Source: Callorhinchus milii
Lineage: Eukaryota
Assembly (NCBI RefSeq): GCF_018977255.1
Contig: NW_024704742.1
Location: 63,986,001 to 64,050,000 of the forward strand
Length of the DNA stretch: 64,000 bases
Direction of reading: 5' to 3'
Of the stretch, positions 13,481 through 26,380 are shown piece by piece (within the stretch, counting starts at the first letter, position 1; each line of letters begins with the position of its first letter). Both the position numbers and the translations under genes were made by a program. Under the pieces are notes generated by a model. It was not told where the DNA came from and ran no database searches. It saw nothing but the letters and a program-made list of their open reading frames with translations.

Positions 13481-14422
13481 CGTCTCATTGCTCATTCCAC
13501 AAACACTGTTGGAGGCAGAACTGTTGGAACTTTTGGACCCATATTGACATCGATCTCCTCTCAGGTGTAAGGAGTCTCCATGACCCCAATGAGTTCCAGC
13601 TGGTCAGCATCCAGACACCAGGACTTTCTAGTTACAGATTGTTTTGTGACTCTCTCAGACTAGACTCCAGATGGCACTGGATTAGAAGGCCCACGGGATG
13701 GTAGAAATTCCCTTATTAAAAAATTTGACTAAGAACGAATCCTGTGTTCCCACAACTTCATTCCTTTGGGAATATTCTATGGCTTTTTTTTTTCAGGTGT
13801 GCAGTGTTTCACACTTTGATTGTTATATGCTTGCACAGCACAATACTCCATAAAAATATTCCTTACACACAAGATAGGAAGGTGGATGTCATGAGATTCA
13901 ACTGAACACAAGAGCACCATCTCGGAACAAAAGTTTCCAGCTGTAGCCACTTCATCTATTGATTCAGTACACGAGCAACAAACCGAATGAAGCCAATCAT
14001 TCACATTAGAGATTTACCTGACAGCACCATTCACGGTTCGCAATTTGAAGTTCCGTCCGCTTATGTTGGGTCACAACAATCAATAAGGATCGTTTTGCAA
14101 AGACATTTTATAATTTTAAACTTGCTGCTGAGGTTCCTCGTTCTTGTGTGACAAGTATCTACATGGACCTCACATTCTACAGGCTGGCTGTTTTCAATAA
14201 GTACATCTGGCTTGTAGTTTTAAATCAGGGCAGGAAAACGTTCTGATCTTGATATTGAACAGAGTGGTTCTGAACCCTACAAACTAGACCTGTTTCCTGT
14301 CCTCTTAATCTTAGAGTCAAATTACCCCTCTCTCTTCGCCCCCCCCCCCCCCAACTTCTGTTAAAACTCCGTGCTTACAGTACAAGAAGACAGCTCAAAT
14401 CTCAAGAGCAGCTTTTACTTAC

Positions 14423-15447
14423 CTGATTAAAAGACTTGGGTTCCCCGTGACCCTGCATTCGAGCCGAACTGTGCTCCCTTCAGCAACCTCCTGGCTCTTT
14501 AGCTTCTGAATGAACCTGGGAGCTGAGTCAGAGGCATGAAGGTCACCTGCAGTGGTCTGATCCATTGCCCAACTCTGCTCAGTCTCATCCCTGGATTCCA
14601 AGTCAGCCACCACCTGCAATTTGGCCTCAGATGATTTGCTTTGCTCGGTGGCAGCACTGGTAGCCTTTGCGTGACTCTTTGGTGATAGATATCCACTGTC
14701 AGGAGAGGAGTTATCTTCCTCGATGCTTTTCCCTGTCTCTGTTTCCAAGCTCCTAGGCCGGACGGTCCGAAAGATGGAGGACAGCTCCTCGATGAAGGAC
14801 ACTGCCTTGCTGCGGAATTCATTCCTGGCGGAACTTTCGCTCTGGTAAACGCATTTCTGGTTTCCTTTTGGGTCAGTTGTAGTATTTTCCTTGTGAGGAA
14901 CGCTCATTCCACTAGCGTGGAAGTTCCCGATAGCCAAGCCGTCCCTGCCGAGATCTGGCCGGTGACTCTGATCAAGGAGTGGGTGCCGAGGGATGGCTGC
15001 TCGGTGACTGTCGTCGGCACTGCCCATGTGTTTGCTGCTGGTGCTGATTTCCTGTGCAGTCCGGCTCACTGACGGCTGAGGACAGTCCGGCTGAGAGACT
15101 GCTTTGGTCTCCGGGATGGCTGGATTCGTCACCGAGGGATAATGCTGAAAGCAATTGGAAACATTCTCCAGCTCTGCGTCCAGGGTGGCTTCTTGTGACA
15201 AACTGTCCTCAAAGGCCTCACGGGCCAGGTCGAGGCTTTTGCTCATCTCCTCTTGAGTGAGAAAAGCCGAGAGCTCAGCACCATCTGCCCCGTCCTCCTG
15301 GAAATCTGACAGGGAGTCAAAGTACATGTCGTGGGAGGAGGCCTCGGACATCATATTGGCGCAGTAAACTTCTCTTTCCCTCGCAGAATATGCTTCCTTC
15401 AACATCTGAGACAGGGGTAGGTTGTGCTCATAGTTCCTGGCTTGCAT
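14423..15447 (-). CDS. PALLD: Palladin, first coding exon of the long isoform (N-terminal region plus start of Ig domain 1). The exon spans 15448..14423 and ends in phase 2.
   Basis: The 342-aa ORF carries palladin motifs SSHDMYFDSLSD, LSAFLTQEEMSKSLDLAR, FIEELSSIF, SSPDSGYLSPK and APRFIQKLKSQEVAEGSTVRLECRVTGNP. SSPDSGYLSPK and the Ig1 sequence favour PALLD over MYPN. Acceptor tctttaatttttcag|C ATG at 15449/15448; donor ATCAG|gtaagt at 14423/14422. Confidence 0.93.
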
Positions 15448-16924
15448 GCTGAAAAATTAAAGAAGATTTTTGTTTATTTTGAGGCTAACACACAAGTGGT
15501 TTAAGCTATTGCGGATTATATCTAGGAAATTCAATTTGACCCCATGTCTGCAATGAAAATATTGCTTTGCTCAAACTCATAATGCTGGGTAATTAAAGGT
15601 CAGACAGCTATCATCTCCAATAATTTTCATTCTTTTTTTGCCATTGCAGCTTTATTTAGATACGTTAAAGTTAATTGTTGGCCAGGACAATCTCCTCGAT
15701 AAAGGAAGAACATTAAAGACATTATTTGGAAAGGGAAGGGACATGACAGTCGAAATAATCACAATAGTCTATCTGAATGGGCCATTTTTCAATTACCACT
15801 TCTCTACATCTCACGTATCTCCCAGTCGTCTTCACTATTAAATGTCTTCCGATTTCCCTCTTGGAACTGCCATCACCACCTGCCCAAATAAACTACTGCA
15901 CATCATAAATCTAGTGTTTATTCCCCCTTCCCTTCTCATTTTGAGACCATCATGTCTTGTGATCTTCGTGCCATGTCTTGCCAGATGGGAGCCATATCTT
16001 GGTTACCGATATGACAGAACTCCACCCTGCATGACTGCCTTTCAAGTACTGAGATTGATAGCAACCAGAATGGCACTAAAGTCATTCATGTTTAACTAAA
16101 AATGTAGAGTTCAACATCTCAACCAGTCCCCATCAGGCAAATAATAATAAATAATAATAATAATAATCTCTGTTTACATTAGATAACAGCAACTTATCAC
16201 ATTTTCGATACATCTCAAGGCACTTCACAAAATTTTACTGTAAAAAATAATGACTGTATTTGTAGGTAAAACCAATTGCACATTAACAGTCAAATGATAG
16301 ATTTTTATCTGGAGAATTGTATGCCAGAATACTAGAAATGAATCCCTACTCTGAATGATACCACAGGATCTTTCAATGTGTTTCTGGGACAATGATGGGT
16401 GCAAATTGGCTGCAGTATTCACCTCCGAAATACAGTCACTACACTTTACAGTGAACCCTATGAAGAGCTTGGAGATGTCCACCTGATTGAAAGGTATCAT
16501 ATCAAATGATATTACTATTATTATTCATTAATATTATTCCAATATCCGAGTCTGTGATATCTATACACCCTTTTTATTTTTTTTCAATTTGTTTTTCTGC
16601 TAGAAGCGACTATAACTATAATGCCTGGTTAAGATACTTAAATAAATAGAACTTGCTTACACCTCAGAATTCAGCCCAATAACTAAACATTTGATTTGCC
16701 ACCTGCTATATGTTTTCCTGGGGATAGTGGATGCGAAAACAAGCTGTGGAACTTCACAACCAAACATCCACTGACATTTCATGTTCTAAAAATACCAGTC
16801 ACTTCTCTTTTCCAGTTACAGGCAGCACTGTTATCAAAGGCATTGACAAAGGGTGAAGAATAACACCCCACTGCAATCTCACTGGGAGAGGCTGTCCAGG
16901 GTTTTAGAGGGAGTGAAACATGTC

Positions 16925-17298
16925 AATAATAATAATAATAATAATCCTTGCATTTGATAAAGCTCCTTATCATTTCGTTGGGACGTCTCAAAGCACTTCA
17001 CATAATATACTATAAATTGATTGTATTTTGTGGGCAAAACATAGCAGCCAATTGCACGCAGCAGTATCCCACAAACAGTAGATTTTGAGTGATCATATTA
17101 TATATATTTTCTTGAAGGGATTGTTACCCCCAGAAAGCAATCTACCAATCGACTAACAGCCAGGTTCCTACTTACTGCTGGGTAAACAGAGGTGTGTGAG
17201 TAAGGAAACTTGCCTAACGTTTCACCCTATCCTGGGAATAGAACCCAGATCCTCTCACTTGTGAGACAAGTGCTCTAACCAATACCCCACAGGACTCT
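16925..17298 (-). mobile_element. tRNA-headed SINE, long variant
   Basis: Reverse complement of the family consensus, from (AAT)n tail to head. Confidence 0.88.
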
Positions 17299-18729
17299 CT
17301 GTAGCATATTGGTTAGAGCACTCACCTTGCTCTAACTGATACTCTACAGGGAGCCACTTCAGGGATGGTTTTCTGAGGTTGGGCCTGGATTAGATTGTCG
17401 GACAGAGTAGAGGGCACTTTATTGCTCCAATAATAATAATCCTTGCACTTGTATGCCATTCTTCACATCAGGAGGATGTCTCAAAGCCCTTCACAGGATT
17501 TACTGTAATGTGTAGGGATTGGGTATTTTGTAATAAAACACATTTTGCAATGAAACACAACAGCCAATTTGCCCACAGCAATGTCCCGCAAACAGTCATG
17601 ACCAATTTTATTTGGGGGATTGTTTGCCAGGATACCAGGAGGAACTTCCTTCAGATATCAGACTCTGAGCAGTGAGGGTTGGGGAGGGGAGGAGCAAGGT
17701 TAGTTTTTTTAGGAGGCTTTTAAGGACAGTTAGAGAAGCAGGCAAGGCAGAGGGATTAGGGAGGTAGTTCCAGAGGGTGAGGGCATAGGGGCTAAATGCC
17801 AACAATGGGTGGCAGGGGCAAACAACCTGCTAGAGGCCTGAGCTTGCAGGGAGAAAACAGTCAATGACATTGCCAAGCAGAATGGGCAACTGGAAGAGTG
17901 AGGCTGGAGAAGTTTACAAAGGTAGGGAGTGGCAACAGGTGAGGATCTTGAAGTTGATCTCCTGGGAGATGGAACCAATGGAGCCTGGCTGTGAATGGTG
18001 GTGGGGGTAGGAGAAGGAAGAAGGGGAGAGGGGGAATGGGCTAGAAAAGGTTAGTATGGATAAGGATACAAGCTGTGGAAATAAAACCAGCACTAGGCAC
18101 ATTAGATCTTCTAGCAAAATAAAGCAGACAAGTTTATCTAATCACTCCTTTATAGATCATACGGCAGAAAGAATAATAAACTTAGAGTGGGCTTATGGAA
18201 GCAGTTCAGTGTTGGGAGCCTGTCATCACTGACAGCATCAACGGAATCACTTAGTGGAATGACTTGCTTTGTAACTAGGTGCCATCCATCAAATTAACTG
18301 GTATTTATTTTTCCATTTGATCTTTCAGCTACTGCTGGGGCCCTGTTGCTGTACAATATTTACAGAAATATCTTGGACATTAAATATTAACAACACTCAC
18401 CATTTGCAGTGCACATTTGCATAATATCAAAGGATATTAAACGTTAAGCGAACTGACAAAGGGTGATGGGCTGAGGGGCAATTGGCAATACAGAACTTAC
18501 ACATGATTCCTGCATTATTTAGCAGCCAAATTTAATAGGGTAGCTTCTATCAAAAATGCAGTCAGAAGATCTTCCACTTTTATGGAACAACAAAGCAACA
18601 ACAACTTGCATTTACACAATGCTCTTTATTTGAGTAGAGTCTCAGAACTCTTAACACTGAAACAAACATTGAGGTGCAAAATGCATTACCTTTTTGTCCA
18701 GCTATTTAGCTTCCCATTTAGTTGAGTGT

Positions 18730-18995
18730 GTAAAGAAGAAAAGCCCTTTGGCCCATTTCATAAGACCGGTTTAGCCCTTCGATTCATCTGGTTTCATCCT
18801 TCCAGAATACCCACCTACCGTCTTCCTAATACCGCATCAAGCTGTTTCTCGAATGAATCCAGTGTCCTGGCCTTGACCACCCTTCCTGACAACCTGTTCC
18901 AGTGGTTAATTACCCACTGGGTAAAGAAATACTTCCTGGTGTCTGAACTGAAATTTGTTCTTGGAACCCTAAACCCTTGTCGTCTTGTTATGATC
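18730..18995 (-). mobile_element. CR1 3' fragment
   Basis: Translates as RKYFFTQWVINHWNRLSGRVVKARTLDSFEKQLD. Confidence 0.8.
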
Positions 18996-20000
18996 GGTGG
19001 CAGATGAAATTCAATGTTGAAAAATGTAAAGTATTTCACAGGGAGACAAAAAATTCTGGAAGAGCCTATTATTTGAATGGAAGGAAAATATTATGTATGG
19101 AAAATGAAAAGGACTTGGAGGGTCCTGATTGACAATAAATTGAAGCTCTCCCGACAATGCTCTGTGTCAGTGAATAAGGCAAGCCCGATGTTGGGATGTA
19201 TCAAAAGATCAATAGCAAGCCAAAATAGTGCTACTGTAAAAATCATTGGTGAGACCACACTTAGAGCACTGGGTACAGTTCTGGTCGCTGCAGTACAAAA
19301 AGGATATTGGAGAAATCGAGAAGATACAGCGGAGGAAATGGAATGACTGGACTATGAGGACCAACTAAGTAAATTGATCATATTCATGCTGGAAAAGAGG
19401 AAGATTGAAAAGTCTGCGATTGAAGGGGGTTAAATTCAGATCTAATCTATGCAAACACTATTTCAGTGAGAGAATAGTGAACCTGTGCAACAGGCTCCCC
19501 AGGTAGACAGTTGAAGCAGGAAGTCTTTGAAACACAGATTAGATAGTTTTCTTTTAGGAAGTAACATTATGGGATATAGTACATAGGTAGTTTGGGATAT
19601 ATGTGCCTGTGATTGCCTGGAAAGTGGAAGGCGAATTAGATGGACCTTTTTTCATCTATAATAATAATAATCCTTGCATTTGATATAGTGCTTTTCACGT
19701 CTTCTAGCCATCTGAAAGCACTTCGCAGAATATACTGTAAAGTGAATTGACTGTATATTTGTGGGCGAAACACGGCAGCCAATTGCGCACAGCAGTGTCT
19801 CACAAACAGTCGTGGATTGAACTGACCAATTTATTATTTTTTTTCTTGAGGGATTATTATTAGGCATGTGGAGTAAGGAAACTTGCCCATGGTCTCAACC
19901 TGCTGGGAATCGAACCCAGGTCTCTCACTTGCGAGGTGAGTGCTCTAAACACTGAGCTACAGGACTCCACAGCTCTAATATTTTTTATGTTCTTATGTGA
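18996..20000 (+). mobile_element. Decayed CR1 3' fragment interrupted by a SINE (19657-19970)
   Basis: WQMKFNVEKCK, MLGCIKRSI and LVRPHLE-like remnants; tail ttatgttcttatg follows the SINE. Confidence 0.8.
19657..19970 (-). mobile_element. tRNA-headed SINE, short variant, nested in CR1
   Basis: Head-to-tail match to the family. Confidence 0.9.
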
Positions 20001-20429
20001 CTTGATAGATTTATGTTTCACCTGCCCAATGGATTAAATAATATTTCTCTAAAGAAATATTAGAAACAAGGAAATTTACACCCCAGAATTTGGCCATTTG
20101 GGCTGTACCACCACTGTCTGATTTGTTTAAACTGCCCCATTATATTAAATCTGAATTTCCAGCTCTTTTCTCATATCCCTTAATATTTTATTTTCTTCGA
20201 TGCTTATCCAGTTCCCCTTTCAATAGTTCTATTGAACCAGCTGCAAAAGCTACTTGCTGTAATTAATTCCCCACCCTAACAACCCTCTGAGTGAAGAAAG
20301 TCCTTCTAACCTCTTCTTGACTCTCTCAAAATTCTAAGCCTGCACCACTTGTCACTGATTTCCCAAGTAAATAAAAGGGAATTTCTCTTGTGTCCCTTCA
20401 GATCTTCCATCATATTGTGTCAATCTCAC

Positions 20430-20806
20430 CTAGTTGGTAACGCTCTCATCTGAACTCACCTGTGAGATCAAGCCACACATCAACACTTTGAACTCATATG
20501 GCCTAGGTTAAAACTCAAGTGCAGTGCTAGTGGTGTGCTGCATTGTTGGAGGTATGGTCCTTCAGTTGAGATGTTAAACCAAGGTCCTGCCTGTTTAGGT
20601 AGGTGTTAAAGATCTCGTGGCACTGTTCAAAAAGAAAAAAGTTTCTTCCAGTTTCACTTCTTGCTGTTTGTGAGACATTGCAGTGCGCAAATTTACTGCT
20701 GTGTTCTCCTACAAAAGTCATTACACTTTAAAGTATATCCTTTAAAGTGCTTTAAATCATCCTCGTGACATGAAAGGCACTATATCAAATATAAGGATTA
20801 TTATAT
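20430..20806 (+). mobile_element. Deu-domain SINE copy (a partial copy follows at 21002-21210)
   Basis: Homology to 58881-59312. Confidence 0.75.
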
Positions 20807-21934
20807 TCCCTCTCAATCCCCTACGTTCCTGTGAAAAATCCCCAGCCTCTCTTAATACACTTATTCTCATACCCAGTATCATCTTAGTCAATTTGCACTG
20901 TGCTCTCGCCATCTGTTCGATGTTCATCCTGTAAATGTGAATGAATTTTGGAGTGCCCTGCTTCCCGTGATCTGTTTGACAATTTTATTTTAGCTTGATA
21001 TGTGTCAGCCTTGTCTCAGTTGGAAGCATTCTCGCCTCTGAGTTAGAGATTTTGGCTTCAAGCTGCCCATTGGCAAACTGAACTCGCATAATCTATGATG
21101 ACATTCCAGTACAGTACTCAGGGAATGTGATATTGGAGGAGCCGTCTTTCAGATAAGATTAAACTGAGGTTCTGCCTTCCTGTTCAGGTGAATGTTAAAG
21201 ATCCCACTAGATACAGTGGTTTGAAATGATCGCACCCATCCCCTCTCTTTAAATGGATATGTCCACCAAGTAACTTGCATTTGACCCGGACCAACTGCAT
21301 CCAAAGAGCTCCCAGGGCATTGGCTTTGGCAATAAGGGGTTAAACACTTTGTGTCAGCAAGGGAATTATTTTAAAAGTTATTGTTTTGGCAGCTCTAGGG
21401 CTCTAATCTTCAGTCCCCACTTGAGGCAGAGGAAGAGCAGGAAAGCAAGCAAGGCTGAATTCACTGTGAACTGAAATGAACCTTTTAGTGGATCCAAACT
21501 CTTCAGCCAAATCAGGAGCAGTTCTTGCTCAAGGCAATTAACCCATTAAATAGTGTCTCACTGTGTTTATACCATTGGCTATCAGTAATAACAGATGGTG
21601 CTTTATATTCAGAGTTGTTTGTGGCAAAACATCAATTGCTTTACCCTACTTTAATTTGAGGTTTGCAGCAAATAAAGACCTATAAAATTACAGCTCACCT
21701 CATATTTGTGAACTAAGCAATGAAGTAAAATGCCAGTAGATTGACAAGTAAGAACAGCTGACCACATGGGAATGAGGTTACCAGGGATGTGATTTCTCTG
21801 CACAGTGCAGTCAGTTTCATTAATGATAAAATAATAATCCTTACATCAGTATTCATATCGTGTAGTATCATTGTGTACAACTGGATTTTTTTGCTGGTAG
21901 CGCAAAGGTAGGTCAAAACAATGATCAGTTAGAC

Positions 21935-22165
21935 AAGAGTCTGAGAAAGAGTTAAGAGAGAGAGAGACATAGAGCGCGCAGAGAGAGAAACTCATTGAGA
22001 GATAGATACAGCTAACATGTTAGAGAGCCTGAGAGAGAGAAACTGGGAGAAAAAGAATCTGATAGCTAGAGAGAGAATTAGAGAGGAGAGAAAAATTCAT
22101 TGAGAAACACAGCTAAAAAGTTAAGAGGGACTGAGAAAAGAAAGTCTGAGAATGAGTTTGAGTGT
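21935..22165 (+). repeat. GA-rich low-complexity tract with degenerate internal repeats
   Basis: (GA)n runs; tcattgaga...acagctaa...gtta...ctgaga occurs twice. Confidence 0.75.
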
Positions 22166-22699
22166 GATGGAGGAGTATAGGACAGCAGGCTAATTAAAGC
22201 TGGGGAGACAGCTGATGCCTTGACTTGCACGAGGTTCCTATTTCCTAACCGGGTAGTGTTTGTTCAACTCCTGGGTACTGTAGCTGGATTAGAGTACGAC
22301 GCCTTTAAGCAGGTTTCTGTGTTGCTGCGAGCTCCCAGTATTGAAATAAATTTTGCAGGGCAAGGGTTACGAATGAGGAACAAATTGTGTACAATACAGC
22401 AGCTAAAACTGCTGAAGCCTTACTGAGTAAGCTATCGAATCAAGGACTGTAGATGTGACCTCATATTATTATACCCTGTTTACTGTGAACTCACAATCTA
22501 GGCTGACACTCCAATGCAATATCAGGGGAGTGCTGCATAATCAGAGGTGCTCTGTGCTTCACATGAGATATTAACATTCAGGTTATAGTTAAAGATCCTG
22601 CATTATTTGAAAAGTTTTCCCCATATCCTGGCTAACAATCACCCAGATAAAAATCGCCCATTCAGTTCATGGTTGCACGGGGTTCCTTGGAACTGAACT

Positions 22700-23165
22700 G
22701 GCGCCAAAGTGACATGGCCTGGCAATGGAATGTTGGAATCGAGCCATCCCTCTGTGGCCGTCTCGGTAGTCCGGTTCGGGTCCACGGTATTCCAGGGCAC
22801 TGCTGATGATAGCACAGACAGCCTGCCTCAACAGGACCAGTCACTGGGGATAGGGAGTCATCCTGTGGAGTCCTATAGCTCAGTGGTTAGAGCACTCGCC
22901 TTGCAAGCGAGACACCTGGATTCAATTTTGGGCAGGGCGAAACCTTGGGCCAGTTTCCTTACTCCACACACCTAATGATAATCCTTCAAAACAAAACAAT
23001 AATAAATTGAACATTTTCAATCCATGACTGTTTGTGGGACACTGCTGTGTGCAATTGGCTGCCGCGTTTCGCCCACAAATATACGGTCAATTCACTTTAT
23101 AGTCTATTCTGTGAAGCGCTTTGAGATGTCAAGAAAACATGAAAAGCGCTATATCAAATGCATGG

Positions 23166-23196
<31 letters not shown>

Positions 23197-23550
23197 TCCC
23201 ACCCTACCCATTAGGATAGAGTCCTAGCTGGACAAGCAGCAGGAAAGCTTGCTGGACAGCGATATCAATGGCAAACTGTGCGGTTTTAGCTGGTTGGACT
23301 CCAGCAATACCTCAACACACACTCTGGGGTCCTCAAGCTTTGGCTCTTGCCAACCTGTGCCTAATACTTTCCAGAATTAGGTAACCAGGATGCATCCCAG
23401 CAGGAAGAGAGTCTGCATTGCATTCCAACAATCTATTTCTGGGATTCCAGAGATGGATTGCAGTGTAGGTGGGATTCATGGAAATCTCAGCTTAGTTTGG
23501 ATACTCTTAAGCATGGTGATGTGTCAGACATTCGGCTAACCAAAACTTTT
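22700..23550. repeat. Unclassified non-coding interspersed repeat (split here by a SINE)
   Basis: Blocks cagggcactgctgatga, ctagctggacaagc, caatggcaaac, ttggctcttgccaacctg, gaattaggtaa and gatactcttaagcatggtgatg recur at about 790-1740, 36260-36480, 45490-46250 and 53420-53545. Confidence 0.75.
22864..23195 (+). mobile_element. tRNA-headed SINE, short variant, nested in the unclassified repeat
   Basis: Full match, with a probable 4-bp target-site duplication ATCC (22860-22863 / 23196-23199). Confidence 0.9.
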
Positions 23551-24924
23551 TTTAAAAATATTGCTGTACATGGAAATTGCTGCGCACAAATTGGCTGCTG
23601 TGTCCACCTCCAAATGCAGTCACTACACATGAATGTAAATCCTATAAAGCTTTTGAGACATGACAAGGTGCTATATCAAAAACAAGGCTTATTATTATTG
23701 TGCACATCCAACTGACTTGGTGAAGTCAGAACCAGGTATCTTGATAATAGGTGTGCATAGTAAGTACACACAAGCCATGAGCCAGCCCTACTGAATAAGG
23801 ATTCATCACTTAGAACCTGTTCCCAATAAAGCAGGGCTCAGTATCTATTAATACTCTTTCTAGGCTTTAATTCCGGATGGTCAAATAGCAGATCTGGACA
23901 ACATGCTCTCCATTAGATTACAGGCTTCCCAAAATCTCTGAATGCTCTATAAGTGATTCTCTCCTAGGCTTTGAAGTTAAGACATTTTTATCCACAAAAC
24001 ACACAATCAATCCACTTTACAATATATTCTGTGAAGCGCTGTGAAACGTCTCAATGACATGATAAGGCACTTATCTTCACTTCATCAGGCACTTCATCAA
24101 ATTAAGGATTATTGTATTATTATTTCTGCAACTTTTTGATAATATCTTTTGCTGAATCCGTTTCTTTTTAACAGTAATTATTCTCCTCTCCAGATCTCTC
24201 TGGGATAGGGAGCTCCCGAGGATTGACCTGGAAACTGAACAGGAGTTACACAGAGACGTGGCATTTTCTGCACTCGCTTCTCTCTGGCTCCCTCTCTCTT
24301 TACGGGAAAGCCCTGAGCCGCACTAAGGCCGGGAACTCAGCACGGCTGAGATTTAAAGCTGACACACACCCCCCATCCCACTCCCCCCCATGCACTCCGA
24401 GCACTTGTCCTGCCCAAGAATCCTCGAGATCAGTAGGTTGCTGATTCATCGCTCCGAGCTGCTACCCCGCGTGAAAGATGCTATGTAAATGCAAGTTATA
24501 CTGTTGCTGTTGTTCATAGGACCTGGTTGTGTACAAATTACCTGCATGTTTTGCCTCTATGTGCTCGTTGCACTTGGTAGCAATTGCCCGTGAGAGCCCT
24601 TTGAGATGTTTTGACATTATTAGACGCTCTATGAAATGCAAGGATTATTATTTTTATTATTATTAGTTATTTGTATTATTGTTGGTCTGATAGTGGGGGA
24701 CTCCTACCCAGCATACCGCTCCCACATAACGTACACTATTATACGTTCCTCGACTACATTAATATAAACGTGAGCCACAGCTGGCTGTGAAACTCTGAAA
24801 TCACCTAATTTTAATCCCAACAAACTGACACCTCAATCCAGAAACGACAAACATACTCAAACCGCAAGGTATAAATTTATGCTTAAAAATTGGCAAACTG
24901 CAGAAAGTGAGTAGAGAGTCTTAC

Positions 24925-25360
24925 CAGCCCTTCAGTCCCTTGTCTAAATGCACGTTAAATCAGGTGTATTTTTAAATATCCACGCCAGATATTTTCACAC
25001 CAGCTAAGCATTTCAAAAGGATTTACTTGAATAACCCCCTGCCCTGCCAGCTGTCAGTGGAAGGGACCTTTTCAGAGACAGGAGTGTGGTTTCTTCTGGA
25101 GTGAGCAGCACCTCCGCACGGATAAAGCAAGGATCCCGTGCAAACTACTGAACTTCACCATCTTGAGAAAGATCGCTGACCTACCTGTCAGTCTGAAGCA
25201 AGAGAGTAAAGGCACAGCTTCATGCAGAATCAATAAAATTCTCTCGAGCACCCTTCCTGCCAAAGAAATCTCCAGTCGCTTGAGTTATTAATCAAATTTT
25301 GAGCAGACTTCAGTCAGTGGCTGGCTGTGCACTGTGAGAGCTACATCTGTCGTGTGCCTG
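24925..25360 (-). other. Probable non-coding upstream exon of PALLD (5' boundary uncertain)
   Basis: Repeat-free stretch ending in a good minus-strand donor GGGCTG|gtaaga at 24925/24924. It lies about 9.5 kb upstream of the coding-exon acceptor and follows a CArG/MEF2/TATA-like motif. Confidence 0.5.
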
Positions 25361-25381
25361 TGGATCCCTTTCTGAAGTCGT

Positions 25382-25391
25382 CTATATTTGG
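25382..25391 (-). promoter_or_regulatory. CArG-like / MEF2-like AT-rich promoter element
   Basis: CTATATTTGG (minus strand CCAAATATAG) is one mismatch from both CC(A/T)6GG and CTA(A/T)4TAG, and sits directly upstream of the candidate first exon. Confidence 0.4.
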
Positions 25392-25624
25392 CAACTCTGA
25401 TCATGTGTCGGTTGGATGCCTAGTTCAGGAATTCTCACTGGAGGTTCGTGGTTTAGCAGCTACAAGGAGTTGAGACCGGATGGCGCAATGTAGAATGGAA
25501 AAATTATTCCTGCGCAAAGAACTGACAATAAATATATAAAAGCGGAGAATTGTATTGATGGCATTTAGAACACAGAGGAAGGGTTACCTGGGGTACCCTT
25601 ATCATTTTGCTATGTTTATCATAA

Positions 25625-26380
25625 GCTACTGCCACCCTGGTTCTTATCTGTGGTTGTGAAGGTTTTAGGTTCAACTACCATGTTAGGTCACAGTTGACAC
25701 TCAGATGTAGTGCTGGGGGAGCGTTGCATTGTCGGAGGTGCTGTCCTTGCGATGAGAGGTTAATCCGAGGTCTCATCTGCCTGTTTCAGTGGATGTTAAA
25801 AAAGCACTATTCAAAAAGAGAAGAGAGTTCCCCCTGTATTCGGCCCCACAATCCTCTGGATTGATGGACCATTTATCTCCTGGCTGTGTGGGACTCTGTC
25901 TGTAAATCAGGTGCAGTGTTTGCCTACTGATATGTAGTCACTACACTCAACAGTAATTACTGTGAAGCAATTTATAGGTCTTAAGACGGGCTTTAATAGT
26001 TGGCAGGGAGGGAGTGAGTCAGAGGGGCACCACCAGATATTACATTAAACAATAACAGAAATAATAATAATCCTTGCATTTGATTTTGTGCCTTTCACAT
26101 CAAGAGGATATCAAAAAGCACTTCAGAGGAAGCTGTTGTGAAGTGAAGTAATTATTTTGTAAGTGAATGGGGAAGCCAATACTGTATATGTCCACAGCAG
26201 CCATGAGGTGAGTGATCAATTTAATTTGGGGCCCAGGACACCGGGAGAAACTCTTCTCTTTTTGAATGATGCCATGAAATCTTTAATGTCCACCTGAACA
26301 GGTAGATGGGACCTTGATTAATGTCTCATGTGATGGACGGCACCTCTGACAATGGAGCGCTCCCACAGCAATGCCCTGCA
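25625..26380. mobile_element. Two Deu-domain SINE copies in opposite orientation (+ about 25625-25980; - about 26060-26380)
   Basis: Deu-domain motifs on both strands. Confidence 0.7.

Noticed and set aside
14419..14422. Stop codon ending the 342-aa ORF as a truncated palladin
   Set aside because: The TAA lies inside the intron donor gtaagt; the reading frame continues after splicing.
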